Shown: piece by piece, positions 1 to 8,749 of the stretch
Position numbering within the stretch: the first letter of the stretch is position 1
Layout: the number at the start of each line of letters is the position of its first letter
Source of the DNA: an uncultured Candidatus Saccharibacteria bacterium
GTDB lineage: Bacteria > Patescibacteriota > Minisyncoccia > Minisyncoccales > CAZPAG01
Assembly (NCBI GenBank): GCA_964584545.1
Contig: CAZPAG010000002.1
Span: 1 to 53,017 of the forward strand
Length of the DNA stretch: 53,017 bases
Direction of reading: 5' to 3'
Translations under genes and position numbers: made by a program
The notes under the pieces: model-generated
Databases searched by the model: none
What the model was told of the DNA's origin: nothing
Seen by the model: only the letters and a program-made list of their open reading frames with translations

Positions 1-2507
1 TTCAACCCGAAATCCTGAGGGTTAATTTCTACCTTGTTCCCCCTTTTCAACTGATTAGATAATAAAGCCGAAGCCAGAGTATTTTCAATTTTGTCCTGAA
101 TAACCCTTCTCATCTGTCTTGCTCCGAAAACCGGGTCATATCCCAGCTCTACGATTTTTTCTTTCAGGGCAGTGGTTATAACAAACTCCACCTCTTTGCC
201 TTTTAAGTTCTTTTTCAATCCCTGAAGCAGCAACTCGGCGATATCCATTAAGTTTTCTTTGGTCAGAGAACGGAAAACAACCACTGAATCAAAACGATTA
301 ATGAATTCCGGCCTGAAAAGTCCCTGGCTGAAAACAAAGTCCAAGATTTTGCCTTTTACCTGAGACCATTCGGTGTTTTGTTTCAAACAATCCAGAATTA
401 TCTGGTAGCCGGCGTTGGAAGTGGCAATAATGATTGAATTTTTGAAATCAACCTTCCTGCCCATGCCGTCAGTCAAATGGCCTTCATCTAAAACCTGTAA
501 AAACAAATTCAAGATATTGGGATGAGCCTTTTCAATTTCATCGAGCAATATCAGAGAAAAAGGCCTTTCTCTGACTTTGGTGGTCAACAACCCTTCTTCC
601 CCCGGAGAGCCTATCAGCCTTGGTATATCCCCGACATTCTGGAACTCTGACATATCTATCCTTATCATTCTGCTCTCTGAGCCGAAATAAATCTCAGCTA
701 AAGCTTTTGAAGTCTCTGTTTTCCCTACTCCGGTCGGCCCTAAGAATAAGAAACAACCCATAGGTCCTTTTCTGACGGTAATATCAGCTCGGGCCCTTCT
801 TAAAGCAGAAGATATCTCTTTTACCGCTTCTTCCTGATTAATGATTTTCTGATGAATCAAATCTTCCAAATTAAGCAGTATCTCCTTTTCTTTGCTTTCC
901 ATCTCTCCTACCGGTATCTGGGTTTTTTCAGAAATGATTTTAGCCACGTGTTTCGGCAAAAGAACCTTGTCTTTCGTCTGGGCCAGATAAACCATCACTT
1001 CATCCATCAGCCCCATTGCTTTTTCCGGGAAAGGAATGGCCGGCATATATTTCCCCGAATAACTGATAATCTCGCGTATGGCCGGATAAGAAATGAATTT
1101 CTTGTATTTATACTCCAAAACAAAAGCTAAATCCTCCAAAATCATCAAAGTCTCACTTTCTGATATTTCAGACACCTCTACTTTGTCAAAAAGAGAAAGA
1201 ATAGAAGGATTCTGCTCGATATTCTTATGGAGTCCTTCAAAACTGGTGAGAACGATGGTCTGGAATCCTGACAAGGGAAGATAGGGAGACAAAACTCCGG
1301 AAATATCAACCATGCCAGGCTGGGATAACTTGCCTACGAAATTATGGAACTCATCAATTACTAAAATGATATTTCCGGCAGAAATAGTTTCTCTGAAAAT
1401 GGTGTCTAAAACATTCTCTGCCTCACCGGACGATTTAGTCTGAGCCAGAAGATTAGAAAGCTCCAATCTTACAAATTTCTTGAAATTAATTTCAGGCATG
1501 GTTTCCCCTAGAGCGCTTCTCTTAGCTAATTCTTCAATCATGCTTTTTCTGCCTGAACCCGGCTCCCCTACCACCAATACGTTATTCAGCTCTCTCCTGG
1601 CCAAAATTCTTTCCATGGCAGCAATTTCTTTCTGGTGCCCGATAGTTTCAGGATATCCCCTCCTTTTAACTAAAGCTGAAATATCCGTTGAAAATCTATC
1701 CAAAGTAAGAGTATACCCTGAAGTCCATTCCTTTGCCATAGACCCGGCTTTTACAAGGTTTTTCCATTCCCAGAATTTCTTTCTCTCTTCGCGTATTTTC
1801 TCCATATCTTCCAGCCACCAGGTCAGGTTCTCGATATCAGCAGTCTTTAAATTATATTCAAGCAGTATTTTCTTTAAATTAGGCTCATACTTAGACAGGG
1901 CCGTAAGAACATCCCCGATATCAACTTGCTGATGGCCTTCTTTCTTGGCATTCTTCAAAGACTCCACAATAATCTCCATAAAATCAGGGGAAGAAACTTC
2001 TTTTACCTCTTTTAAATAATTCCTTAGTGTCTTTTTGATGCCGGTTGAATCCAATAGCATTCTGTAGAATATGAAATTAAGTCTTGGATTATCGCAGAGC
2101 AGATGGTAGAGAAGGGCCGTAGAATTATTTTTTGCTTTCTGGCAGGCTTTTGCCACTTCAAAGCTTAAAAAGTCAGCCAAATTATACGGCTCTGGATCTG
2201 ATATGACTTCCTCTATCTTCGCTTTAATCCTAGGATTCTTTAATCTTATATTAAAGAACATCTCTGCCTGCCATAGAGCCAGAGAAAGAGTAAAAGACAT
2301 TAAAATCAATCCCAAAAAGACCGCGTCTTTATCCGGGATATCTTCTTTGGAAAAAGAGGGAGCTATAAAGATAGTGATAATGAACAAAACTACGAGAAGA
2401 AAAGACAGCAAAAGTAAAAGCTTCCTTATTATTCTAACCAGCTTTAAATTAAGCCTTCTCTCCCAGACTACTGCCCTAAAAATGTCAGATTTCTTTAAAT
2501 TAAACAT
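1..2507 (-). CDS. Clp/Hsp100-family double AAA+ ATPase (ClpB/ClpC-like) with N-terminal membrane anchor; 3' end runs off the window
   Basis: Absent from the ORF track because it has no stop in the window. My minus-strand translation from ATG 2507-2505 gives MFNLKKSDIF.... It shows two hydrophobic helices, Clp-N-like repeats, D1 VLVVGEPGSGRKSMIEEL / ILVIDEFH, and D2 CFLFLGPTGVGKTETSKALA / LILLDEIEKAHPNILNLFLQVLDEGHLTD / IIATSNAG. Confidence 0.85.
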   Translation of the reverse strand, partial: MFNLKKSDIFRAVVWERRLNLKLVRIIRKLLLLLSFLLVVLFIITIFIAPSFSKEDIPDKDAVFLGLILMSFTLSLALWQAEMFFNIRLKNPRIKAKIEEVISDPEPYNLADFLSFEVAKACQKAKNNSTALLYHLLCDNPRLNFIFYRMLLDSTGIKKTLRNYLKEVKEVSSPDFMEIIVESLKNAKKEGHQQVDIGDVLTALSKYEPNLKKILLEYNLKTADIENLTWWLEDMEKIREERKKFWEWKNLVKAGSMAKEWTSGYTLTLDRFSTDISALVKRRGYPETIGHQKEIAAMERILARRELNNVLVVGEPGSGRKSMIEELAKRSALGETMPEINFKKFVRLELSNLLAQTKSSGEAENVLDTIFRETISAGNIILVIDEFHNFVGKLSQPGMVDISGVLSPYLPLSGFQTIVLTSFEGLHKNIEQNPSILSLFDKVEVSEISESETLMILEDLAFVLEYKYKKFISYPAIREIISYSGKYMPAIPFPEKAMGLMDEVMVYLAQTKDKVLLPKHVAKIISEKTQIPVGEMESKEKEILLNLEDLIHQKIINQEEAVKEISSALRRARADITVRKGPMGCFLFLGPTGVGKTETSKALAEIYFGSESRMIRIDMSEFQNVGDIPRLIGSPGEEGLLTTKVRERPFSLILLDEIEKAHPNILNLFLQVLDEGHLTDGMGRKVDFKNSIIIATSNAGYQIILDCLKQNTEWSQVKGKILDFVFSQGLFRPEFINRFDSVVVFRSLTKENLMDIAELLLQGLKKNLKGKEVEFVITTALKEKIVELGYDPVFGARQMRRVIQDKIENTLASALLSNQLKRGNKVEINPQDFGL

Positions 2508-2881
2508 AATTTAATCCCCAAGATAAACCCGCTTACCAAAAGAAAAGGCAGGAATATCCAGCCCAAAATAATAATTAATCCGATGACTAGTATGAAAGCC
2601 TCTGCAATAATCCCGAATACTATCAGAAACGTCCTCATTAAAGCTCCCAGAATTCTGGATATGAGGTTAGAGAAAAGCGCCTCAAAGAATTTGCCTAGGT
2701 CAAATCCCCTTCCGCGGGACCAGGAATATCTCCTCCAGGGAGAAAAGAAGGTTTTCAAAAGAAGAGGGACTGAGAAATAATTCAGATTAAATTTCAGAAA
2801 ATTACCCCAGGCCTTCAGCAAGTTCTTGGGCACATCTAAAAACTGCCAGCTTAGATATTGGAAAAATATGTTCTTTCCCAT
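2495..2881 (-). CDS. hypothetical membrane protein
   Basis: 128-aa ORF with a hydrophobic C-terminal half (LIVFGIIAEAFILVIGLIIILGWIFLPFLLVSGFILGI). It overlaps the Clp gene start by 13 nt. Confidence 0.5.
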   Translation of the reverse strand: MGKNIFFQYLSWQFLDVPKNLLKAWGNFLKFNLNYFSVPLLLKTFFSPWRRYSWSRGRGFDLGKFFEALFSNLISRILGALMRTFLIVFGIIAEAFILVIGLIIILGWIFLPFLLVSGFILGIKLCLI

Positions 2882-2974
2882 TAGTCTAATATAACACGAA
2901 AAACAGATTGAGGAAAAAATTCCTCAATATATAATTTCTCACTTGGTCGTTTTCACTTCCGCGTTCAAAATTAG

Positions 2975-3002
2975 AAAAAAGCCGCGCTATTGGAAACGCG
3001 AC
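2975..3002 (-). terminator. intrinsic terminator candidate after the 3020-3382 gene
   Basis: Minus sense reads GUCGCG-loop-CGCGGC followed by UUUUUU. A second perfect 9-bp hairpin ATTGAGGAA/TTCCTCAAT lies at 2907-2928. Confidence 0.5.
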
Positions 3003-3019
3003 TTTTATATATACAATCT

Positions 3020-3382
3020 TTAACTTTTAACCATCTTTATCCCCAAACTGGAGATTTGAGCTCCTCCGGAAATCAGAATCCAAGCCAATAACGACCAGGC
3101 GGCTAAATTAATAGTTTTGGGCAGAAAATCGGCAGGAAGCAGGCTACTTGAACCGTTTGTTCCGCTTCCCACTTTTAATTCTCCCGTTATGCCTCCCAGT
3201 AAAGAATCAAAGAGGCCTTTTGTATCAGTAGTAGAAGCCTTTTCAGTCTTTTCAACTTTGAACAAACCAGGCCCCGGAGTATCAGATTTCCCGGTAAAAA
3301 TATTAAAAGAATAGTAAATCGTCCAGGTGATTAAAGCTACACCGGCTATTATCAATATCCAACCAAAAATTTTTGTAATCAT
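3020..3382 (-). CDS. hypothetical membrane protein
   Basis: 120-aa ORF with N- and C-terminal hydrophobic helices and a Gly/Ser/Thr-rich middle. Confidence 0.5.
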   Translation of the reverse strand: MITKIFGWILIIAGVALITWTIYYSFNIFTGKSDTPGPGLFKVEKTEKASTTDTKGLFDSLLGGITGELKVGSGTNGSSSLLPADFLPKTINLAAWSLLAWILISGGAQISSLGIKMVKS

Positions 3383-3428
3383 ATTTCTATTTATAAATAT
3401 TTACAAAAATTTATTTATAAGCATATTT

Positions 3429-3767
3429 TTAATCAATTGATAGATTTAATTCCCTAATAATGTCATCTGGTATTTTAGGCCTTTCATTTAACGGAGTCCT
3501 GCCGGGATATCTCCAGGTGCTGATGATTTTGATTTTTTTCGGCTTCTTTAAGGCTTCGTACATCAGCCAAGCCTCTGTCGGGTGTTTCTTAGTCCCCGTA
3601 ATCTGCATTGAGGCAATGGTGCCTGGAGCTATCCCCTCCTCTCTCCTTTCAGGTTTTCTCAGAATGCGCAATACCCGCTTTTCTGACAAGCGGTATTGCC
3701 GCATTTTTCTTTTAGAATGATTTGTCCAAAAAATCTTTTCCTTGCTGTCAGCGAACTTCAACAACAT
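3429..3767 (-). CDS. hypothetical protein, possibly DUF4258-like
   Basis: 112-aa ORF. WTNHSKRKMRQYRLSEKRVLRIL resembles the H..RM..R.I....V pattern of DUF4258. The match is weak. Confidence 0.4.
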   Translation of the reverse strand: MLLKFADSKEKIFWTNHSKRKMRQYRLSEKRVLRILRKPERREEGIAPGTIASMQITGTKKHPTEAWLMYEALKKPKKIKIISTWRYPGRTPLNERPKIPDDIIRELNLSID

Positions 3768-3768
3768 T

Positions 3769-4566
3769 TTATCTGAATTCGTAGGTAATGCTTACTGTTG
3801 CTTCTATTTTATTCTCTCCCGTCTGTATCTGAGGAACAGAATCTCCTCCTCCCATGCCGACTGCTTTTGCCGAATAAAGGGCCTCTGGATAATTATATGC
3901 TCCGCTTTCGCTGTAGCTCACTATTCTGACTATTTTTACCCCTAATTGCTTGGCCAATGCCTCAGCTTTAGCCTTTACCTTGTCAATTGCTTCTTCCCTG
4001 GCCTGACTCTTGAGGTCGTCTTCATTCTCAATTGTGAATTGCAAGTCTCCTACCTGATTCGCTCCGTTATCAGTAGCTCCCTGGATAATTTCTCCCACCT
4101 TTTCCAAATCCCTGATTTTAACTTGCAAAGACTGGGTTATTTGGTACCCCGTTAAAACCCTTTTACCGTCAGGACAAGGATAGTAGCCGCAGCTAACGGC
4201 GCTTTGATACTCATAAACCGGTGAGATATAAAAGTTAACCGTTTTCATGTCTTTATCCTCGACGCCGTTATCCCCAACCGATTTGATAATAGCGTTCATT
4301 TTTTCGGTATTGTCGCTCATGGCCTCTGCCACTGTTTTCTTTTCGCTTACCACAGAAAGAGTGGTTACGGCCAAATCAGGTTTTGAGTAGACTTCCCCCG
4401 TATCAGAAATGGTGAAAGCGTTCCTAATGTCCGAGGTTTCTCCTATATATCTGCTCTCCTTAATTTTGTTGAGGGTCAGCACTCCTATATATGCGGTTAA
4501 AACTATTAAAGGGATGGCAATTAGCCAACAACAGTATTTATTTTCCTTTAAACATTGAATATCCAT
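3769..4566 (-). CDS. SIMPL/DUF541-family secreted or membrane-anchored protein
   Basis: 265-aa ORF with an N-terminal TM helix. TGEVYSKPDLAVTTLSV...GYQITQSLQVKIRDLEKVGEII...QAREEAIDKVKAKAEALAKQLG is typical of the SIMPL domain. Confidence 0.7.
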   Translation of the reverse strand: MDIQCLKENKYCCWLIAIPLIVLTAYIGVLTLNKIKESRYIGETSDIRNAFTISDTGEVYSKPDLAVTTLSVVSEKKTVAEAMSDNTEKMNAIIKSVGDNGVEDKDMKTVNFYISPVYEYQSAVSCGYYPCPDGKRVLTGYQITQSLQVKIRDLEKVGEIIQGATDNGANQVGDLQFTIENEDDLKSQAREEAIDKVKAKAEALAKQLGVKIVRIVSYSESGAYNYPEALYSAKAVGMGGGDSVPQIQTGENKIEATVSITYEFR

Positions 4567-4587
4567 AGTATTTTTAATTAATTTATG

Positions 4588-5247
4588 TTATTTCTCGACC
4601 TTTATTTTTACCCACCTATATTTCTTAAACTGGTCCTTGAAAAATCTGAATCGTTTATATCCTAAAGAAACTAAAATATCTTCAACACCCTTTCTCTGCA
4701 GAGGGTCAATTTCAAGATATATTATACCATTATTTTTCAAAAAATTTCCACCCTCCTTCAAAAGTCTTCTAATGTAAAATAGTCCTTTTTCTCCTCCGAA
4801 TAACGCCCTGCCTGGTTCATATTTTAGGACGGACGGCTGGACCTCCTTTATCCTGTTTCTATCAACGTAAGGAGGATTGGCAAAAATATAGTCATACTTT
4901 CTGCCTTTTAATCCTTTAAACAGGTTTGATTTAATAACCCTGTATCTTGCAGGAGATATTTTGTTTAATTTCAAATTAATTTTTATCTGTTTTATCGCTT
5001 TTTCGTCAATATCAACAAAATCAACAGAGCTTTTTTTAGTTTTGATGTTCTTTAACAGAGAGACTCCTATACATCCAGACCCTGAAAAAACATCCAATAT
5101 TCTTATTGTCCGTCCATCCCCCATCTCTCTTCTGGTTTTCTTCACCCAAAATTCAGTCTCGGCCCTGGGAATAAAAGTTTTTTCTGACAAATCAATCTTG
5201 CAATTCAAAAATCTCGTTCTCCCTCTTTTGTACTCAACCGGAATCAT
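4588..5247 (-). CDS. prmC: HemK/PrmC-type protein N5-glutamine methyltransferase (short form)
   Basis: SAM-binding motif ILDVFSGSGCIG and the NPPY motif in FANPPYVD. It lacks the usual N-terminal helical domain. Confidence 0.7.
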   Translation of the reverse strand: MIPVEYKRGRTRFLNCKIDLSEKTFIPRAETEFWVKKTRREMGDGRTIRILDVFSGSGCIGVSLLKNIKTKKSSVDFVDIDEKAIKQIKINLKLNKISPARYRVIKSNLFKGLKGRKYDYIFANPPYVDRNRIKEVQPSVLKYEPGRALFGGEKGLFYIRRLLKEGGNFLKNNGIIYLEIDPLQRKGVEDILVSLGYKRFRFFKDQFKKYRWVKIKVEK

Positions 5248-5936
5248 ATATTAATTAAATTACTCAAATAATCCTTGACCTTAAGCTGCTCTTTGATGCT
5301 GTTTTCAAGTTCAATAGCCAGAAAAGAAGAAAAATATCTCTCAGGATATTTTTTTAAATAATCTAATTCGGAGAAATTATCATCAAAAGAATGGCTGTCA
5401 TAACGAGAATATCCATTTTCATCAATATGCGGAATCTTTTTAACCGGATTAATGTGGTTGGCAATCACGGGATATTTCTCCAATATTTTCACATTATGTT
5501 CAAAAATGTCCTTTGTTGAGATTCTTGCATTCTCCAAATGGGAGAAATCCAGACATACGCCCCCGAATTCCTTTATTTCTTTTTCGTCTAGAGGGAAATA
5601 CACATTTTCAATCCCTATAATATTACGATATTTGGAAAGGTCGTGTAAAAAAGGATATTCTCTCTTGGTATGGGTGCAAAAAACCTTAGTACCGTAGTTT
5701 TCAACAAAATAATCCAACTCTTCAACGGTCATATCGCTTCTCAGATGAACTAAAGGAATACTTTTGAGGCCTGACCCCCTGATAAGCCTGTAGAATTCCT
5801 TCCGACCTTCTTTATCGAGGCAGGTACAAAAAACAGCAGCTTCTTCTATCCCAAGTTCCCTTATCTCTTCCAGTTTCTTTCTCCAATCAGACCCACTCGT
5901 AACGGTGACTGAAACTAATATTTCTTTCTTTTCCAT
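5244..5936 (-). CDS. hypothetical protein
   Basis: 230-aa ORF with a 4-nt overlap onto prmC. I recognise no motif. Confidence 0.5.
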   Translation of the reverse strand: MEKKEILVSVTVTSGSDWRKKLEEIRELGIEEAAVFCTCLDKEGRKEFYRLIRGSGLKSIPLVHLRSDMTVEELDYFVENYGTKVFCTHTKREYPFLHDLSKYRNIIGIENVYFPLDEKEIKEFGGVCLDFSHLENARISTKDIFEHNVKILEKYPVIANHINPVKKIPHIDENGYSRYDSHSFDDNFSELDYLKKYPERYFSSFLAIELENSIKEQLKVKDYLSNLINI

Positions 5937-5962
5937 ATAAGGTATCTTACCACTTTTCTATC

Positions 5963-5994
5963 AAAAAAAAGAGAGCTGGACGAACACCAGCTCT
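5963..5994 (-). terminator. intrinsic terminator after the TraR/DksA-type gene
   Basis: Minus sense reads AGAGCTGG-tgttcgt-CCAGCTCT followed by a T8 run. Confidence 0.75.
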
Positions 5995-6010
5995 GGGGTT
6001 ATTGGCTTAT

Positions 6011-6418
6011 TTACCTATTGTTAATCTCTGCCTGACAGGAGCTACACAGTTTACGAGTTGGACTGGCGGGGATAGGAGGATTGCTATTCGGGTTACCGAG
6101 TAGCTCCTCTTCAGGAATAGGACGTTCACATTTATTGCAGATGCCGGTAAAGGTACTGTTATCCAGAGACCTTAATCCATCTTTAATCTTCTTTATGTCT
6201 CTGGAGTTACGTTCAATCCGGTCGATGATCCCGCGGCATTCTTCTGCATACTGACTGCCCTCTTTATCAAATTCTTCCTTTCCATCCCCTAGCTCATTCA
6301 GCGTTTTTAATAGAGCCCTCTCAGTATCTTCTTTCCCTGCCAGCGTGGTTTTCAACAGCTCTCTTATCCGCTGCTTGCATCCCTCGCTTACTGCCAAAGT
6401 CCCTATGCCTGCTGCCAT
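6011..6418 (-). CDS. TraR/DksA-family C4 zinc-finger protein
   Basis: CNKCERPI...(24 aa)...CSSCQ forms a four-Cys finger after a coiled-coil N-terminal part. AAGGAGG lies 9 nt upstream of the ATG. Confidence 0.65.
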   Translation of the reverse strand: MAAGIGTLAVSEGCKQRIRELLKTTLAGKEDTERALLKTLNELGDGKEEFDKEGSQYAEECRGIIDRIERNSRDIKKIKDGLRSLDNSTFTGICNKCERPIPEEELLGNPNSNPPIPASPTRKLCSSCQAEINNR

Positions 6419-6525
6419 TCTTCAATGCCTCCTTAATAAAATAGCCAAAATTGATTGATGTAAGGTGCCGTAATCACGTTCTCAACATATACCTCCTTAA
6501 ACAAATGTTATGTGAGATTAATTGA

Positions 6526-6554
6526 ATTATAAACAACCCCCCGAAATAAGTCAA
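6526..6554 (-). promoter_or_regulatory. sigma70-type promoter candidate for the TraR/DksA-type gene
   Basis: Minus sense reads TTGACT - 17 nt - TATAAT. Confidence 0.5.
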
Positions 6555-6555
6555 C

Positions 6556-7386
6556 TCAGGGTTGTAAAATATCCTCTGTTCTGCCGTCTATTGATATAAC
6601 CACGTTTTCAATCGTAGGAAATTGCTTTAAAGTCTGGATTATCTGGGATCTTATAGCTGAAACCCTGCAGGAACCCCCTGCTTGAAACTCCAGCTGTTCA
6701 TCGAAATCGACTTCAGCCGTTCCGTTCTCAATAACCAGCTTGTTGATTTTGACCCCAGCGTTAATACTTGTAAAATACCCTTGAGATTTCTCTTCTTCAG
6801 AAACCCCTTTCAGTAATTCATCCAAGGCAGCCATAGCTACCGCTTGAGTTTTATCAACAGCTCTTTCAACCGGGAAAACCTTATTACAGGAAGACTCAGG
6901 ATCCAGGTTGCTGTTATTAAAAAACGCTTTCACAACTATTTTTTCTCCTTGAGCAGCCAAATCCCTGAAAACAACCGGAATTCTGAACTCGTCAGCATTC
7001 TCTGGAAGTCCGGAAGGATTATCTTTTTCCAAAACAAGGGTTCCCTTCTTAGTTGTAGAAGTAGAAAATGCGAGAGAAACTTCAAAGGGCACAAAGCTTT
7101 CAGTCATCCAGTCTCCTTGAGCCTGAGTCGGGGCAACCCCTAAAAGATTATTATTCTCATCAAATATCTTAACCGGGAAGCTTCCTTCAAAATACCAAAA
7201 ACCCCGTGCCTCGCCCTTAATAACCAAGGGGCTATCAACTATTTGATTCAGTTCAAAATCTTTAACTTTTATTAAATCATCTTTGGCCAATTCGCTTGGC
7301 TGAGATGGGCTCAAAAAATACCAAACTCCGCCTATTGTCGCTAAAATGACTGCTCCAAAAATGATGGCTAATATTTTTTTAGACAT
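6556..7386 (-). CDS. secreted Gmad2 Ig-like plus GerMN domain protein
   Basis: Signal/TM helix, then IKGEARGFWYFEGSFPVKIFDENN (Gmad2-like), then a C-terminal GerMN-like VFPVERAV...ALDELLKG...GTAEVDF...QIIQTLKQFPTIENVVISIDG. Confidence 0.65.
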   Translation of the reverse strand: MSKKILAIIFGAVILATIGGVWYFLSPSQPSELAKDDLIKVKDFELNQIVDSPLVIKGEARGFWYFEGSFPVKIFDENNNLLGVAPTQAQGDWMTESFVPFEVSLAFSTSTTKKGTLVLEKDNPSGLPENADEFRIPVVFRDLAAQGEKIVVKAFFNNSNLDPESSCNKVFPVERAVDKTQAVAMAALDELLKGVSEEEKSQGYFTSINAGVKINKLVIENGTAEVDFDEQLEFQAGGSCRVSAIRSQIIQTLKQFPTIENVVISIDGRTEDILQP

Positions 7387-7391
7387 GAAGA

Positions 7392-7940
7392 TTACTTTTT
7401 ATTCAACCTCTCCTCCAACTCTTGGACTCTCTTTTTAAGTTCAACCATTTTCAACTCTCTTCCTACGGCCAGTTTATTAATCTTCTCCAGCTCTTCATTC
7501 CTTTTTTTAAGCTCTCCCTCTAATTTATTACGCCCGGTAATGTCACGGGCTATACCCAAAACCACTTTCTTCCCCTGCATTGTTACAGGATAAGTGCTTA
7601 CCTCCAGCAAGATCTTAGTGCCGTCTTTACGGTTAAAAATTAACTCGTCAGGCCCTGTTGGCAGTCCAAGAACGTTTTTACCCAGCAGTACGGCTGCTTT
7701 AGACATTTGATTCGACGCCAACAAATTCAATTTTAAAAAACTTTTCCCGATCAGTTCTTCTTTTTTATAGCCGCTGAGCTTCTCAGCCGCCTTGTTGCCG
7801 TCAATAAAAACGCCTTTGGAGTCGCTCAAGTAATATGCGTCTGGTGCATACTCAAACAGTATCTTCATTCTTTCCTCAGATTCCTTCTCTGAAATATCGG
7901 GAATATTATTTTTCTTTATCTCTCCCATTTTTTTTGCCAT
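7392..7940 (-). CDS. PAS-domain protein with C-terminal coiled coil
   Basis: FEYAPDAYYLSDSKGVFIDGNKAAEKLSGYKKEELIGKSF...GIARDITGRNKLE is a PAS S-box pattern. Confidence 0.7.
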   Translation of the reverse strand: MAKKMGEIKKNNIPDISEKESEERMKILFEYAPDAYYLSDSKGVFIDGNKAAEKLSGYKKEELIGKSFLKLNLLASNQMSKAAVLLGKNVLGLPTGPDELIFNRKDGTKILLEVSTYPVTMQGKKVVLGIARDITGRNKLEGELKKRNEELEKINKLAVGRELKMVELKKRVQELEERLNKK

Positions 7941-8032
7941 ATTGATATATTTTACTCCTTAAACCGATTAAGAACAAGAAAAAGTCCCCGTTCAGACGCG
8001 GAGGCAATTTTTATTAGCAAACAAATCCTTGT

Positions 8033-8509
8033 TTAAATATTTAGTTGCCAGATTGAAAAGTTAAGCAGGGCCGCAAAAGTAACCCAGGTTAAATACGGTA
8101 AAAGCAAATAGGCCGCTGCCCTATCAATTTTACGAAACTGAAGGATGGTCAGCGCTATTGCAAGCCACAAAAATAATATATCCAAGAAAGCTAAAAACGG
8201 GCTGTGGAGGTAGAAAAACAGGAATGACCACTTTACATTCAAAAGAAGCTGGACGATAAAAATTAGCAGTCCTTTCTTCACCTCTCTGTCATTTAAGTCC
8301 TTTTTTAGAATCAGATAGAGAGATATCCCCATCAAAAAGAACAGGGTTATCCAAACAGGAGCGAATATCCAGTTTGGAGGGCTAAAAACAGGCTTTTGGA
8401 GGGTTGTATACCATCCGCGAATAGAAGGGGCGGTGAATACAGAGCCTAGAACCCCGGCTAACTGGCAAAAGATAACAGCGAATAGAAATTTAAAAATATT
8501 GTTTTTCAT
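8033..8509 (-). CDS. tspO: TspO/MBR family tryptophan-rich sensory protein
   Basis: WYTTLQKPVFSPPNWIFAPVWITLFFLMG plus five hydrophobic helices. Confidence 0.85.
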   Translation of the reverse strand: MKNNIFKFLFAVIFCQLAGVLGSVFTAPSIRGWYTTLQKPVFSPPNWIFAPVWITLFFLMGISLYLILKKDLNDREVKKGLLIFIVQLLLNVKWSFLFFYLHSPFLAFLDILFLWLAIALTILQFRKIDRAAAYLLLPYLTWVTFAALLNFSIWQLNI

Positions 8510-8527
8510 ATATTTTATTATATAAGA

Positions 8528-8749
8528 CTAATTAATTATTTCAAAAATCTTATTTCTCTCTTTAAACCCTTTTATGAGCCTGACTTTTCCCTCTGAAATC
8601 TTAAAAAAGTCAGAAAGCAGTTTAACTACCGCCCTGTTTGCCATACCCATTACGGGTTTCTCTCTGACATAAACCTCAAAGGAATCTTCTGACTTCTTAA
8701 CTAAATCATTCTCTTTTGAACAAGGGAAAGCCTTAACTTTTATCAGCAT
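8528..8749 (-). CDS. DUF167 (YggU-like) protein
   Basis: 73-aa ORF. VKAFPCSKENDL...VYVREKPVMGMANRAVVKLLSDFFKISEGKVRLIKGFKERNKIFEI matches the DUF167 pattern. Confidence 0.7.
   Translation of the reverse strand: MLIKVKAFPCSKENDLVKKSEDSFEVYVREKPVMGMANRAVVKLLSDFFKISEGKVRLIKGFKERNKIFEIIN

Noticed and set aside
852-2514. Four plus-strand ORFs (852-1130, 1093-1284, 1480-1932, 2203-2514).
   Set aside because: They are antisense to a continuous minus-strand reading frame with unmistakable Clp AAA+ motifs. Their products are low-complexity, as is typical of antisense frames in AT-rich DNA.
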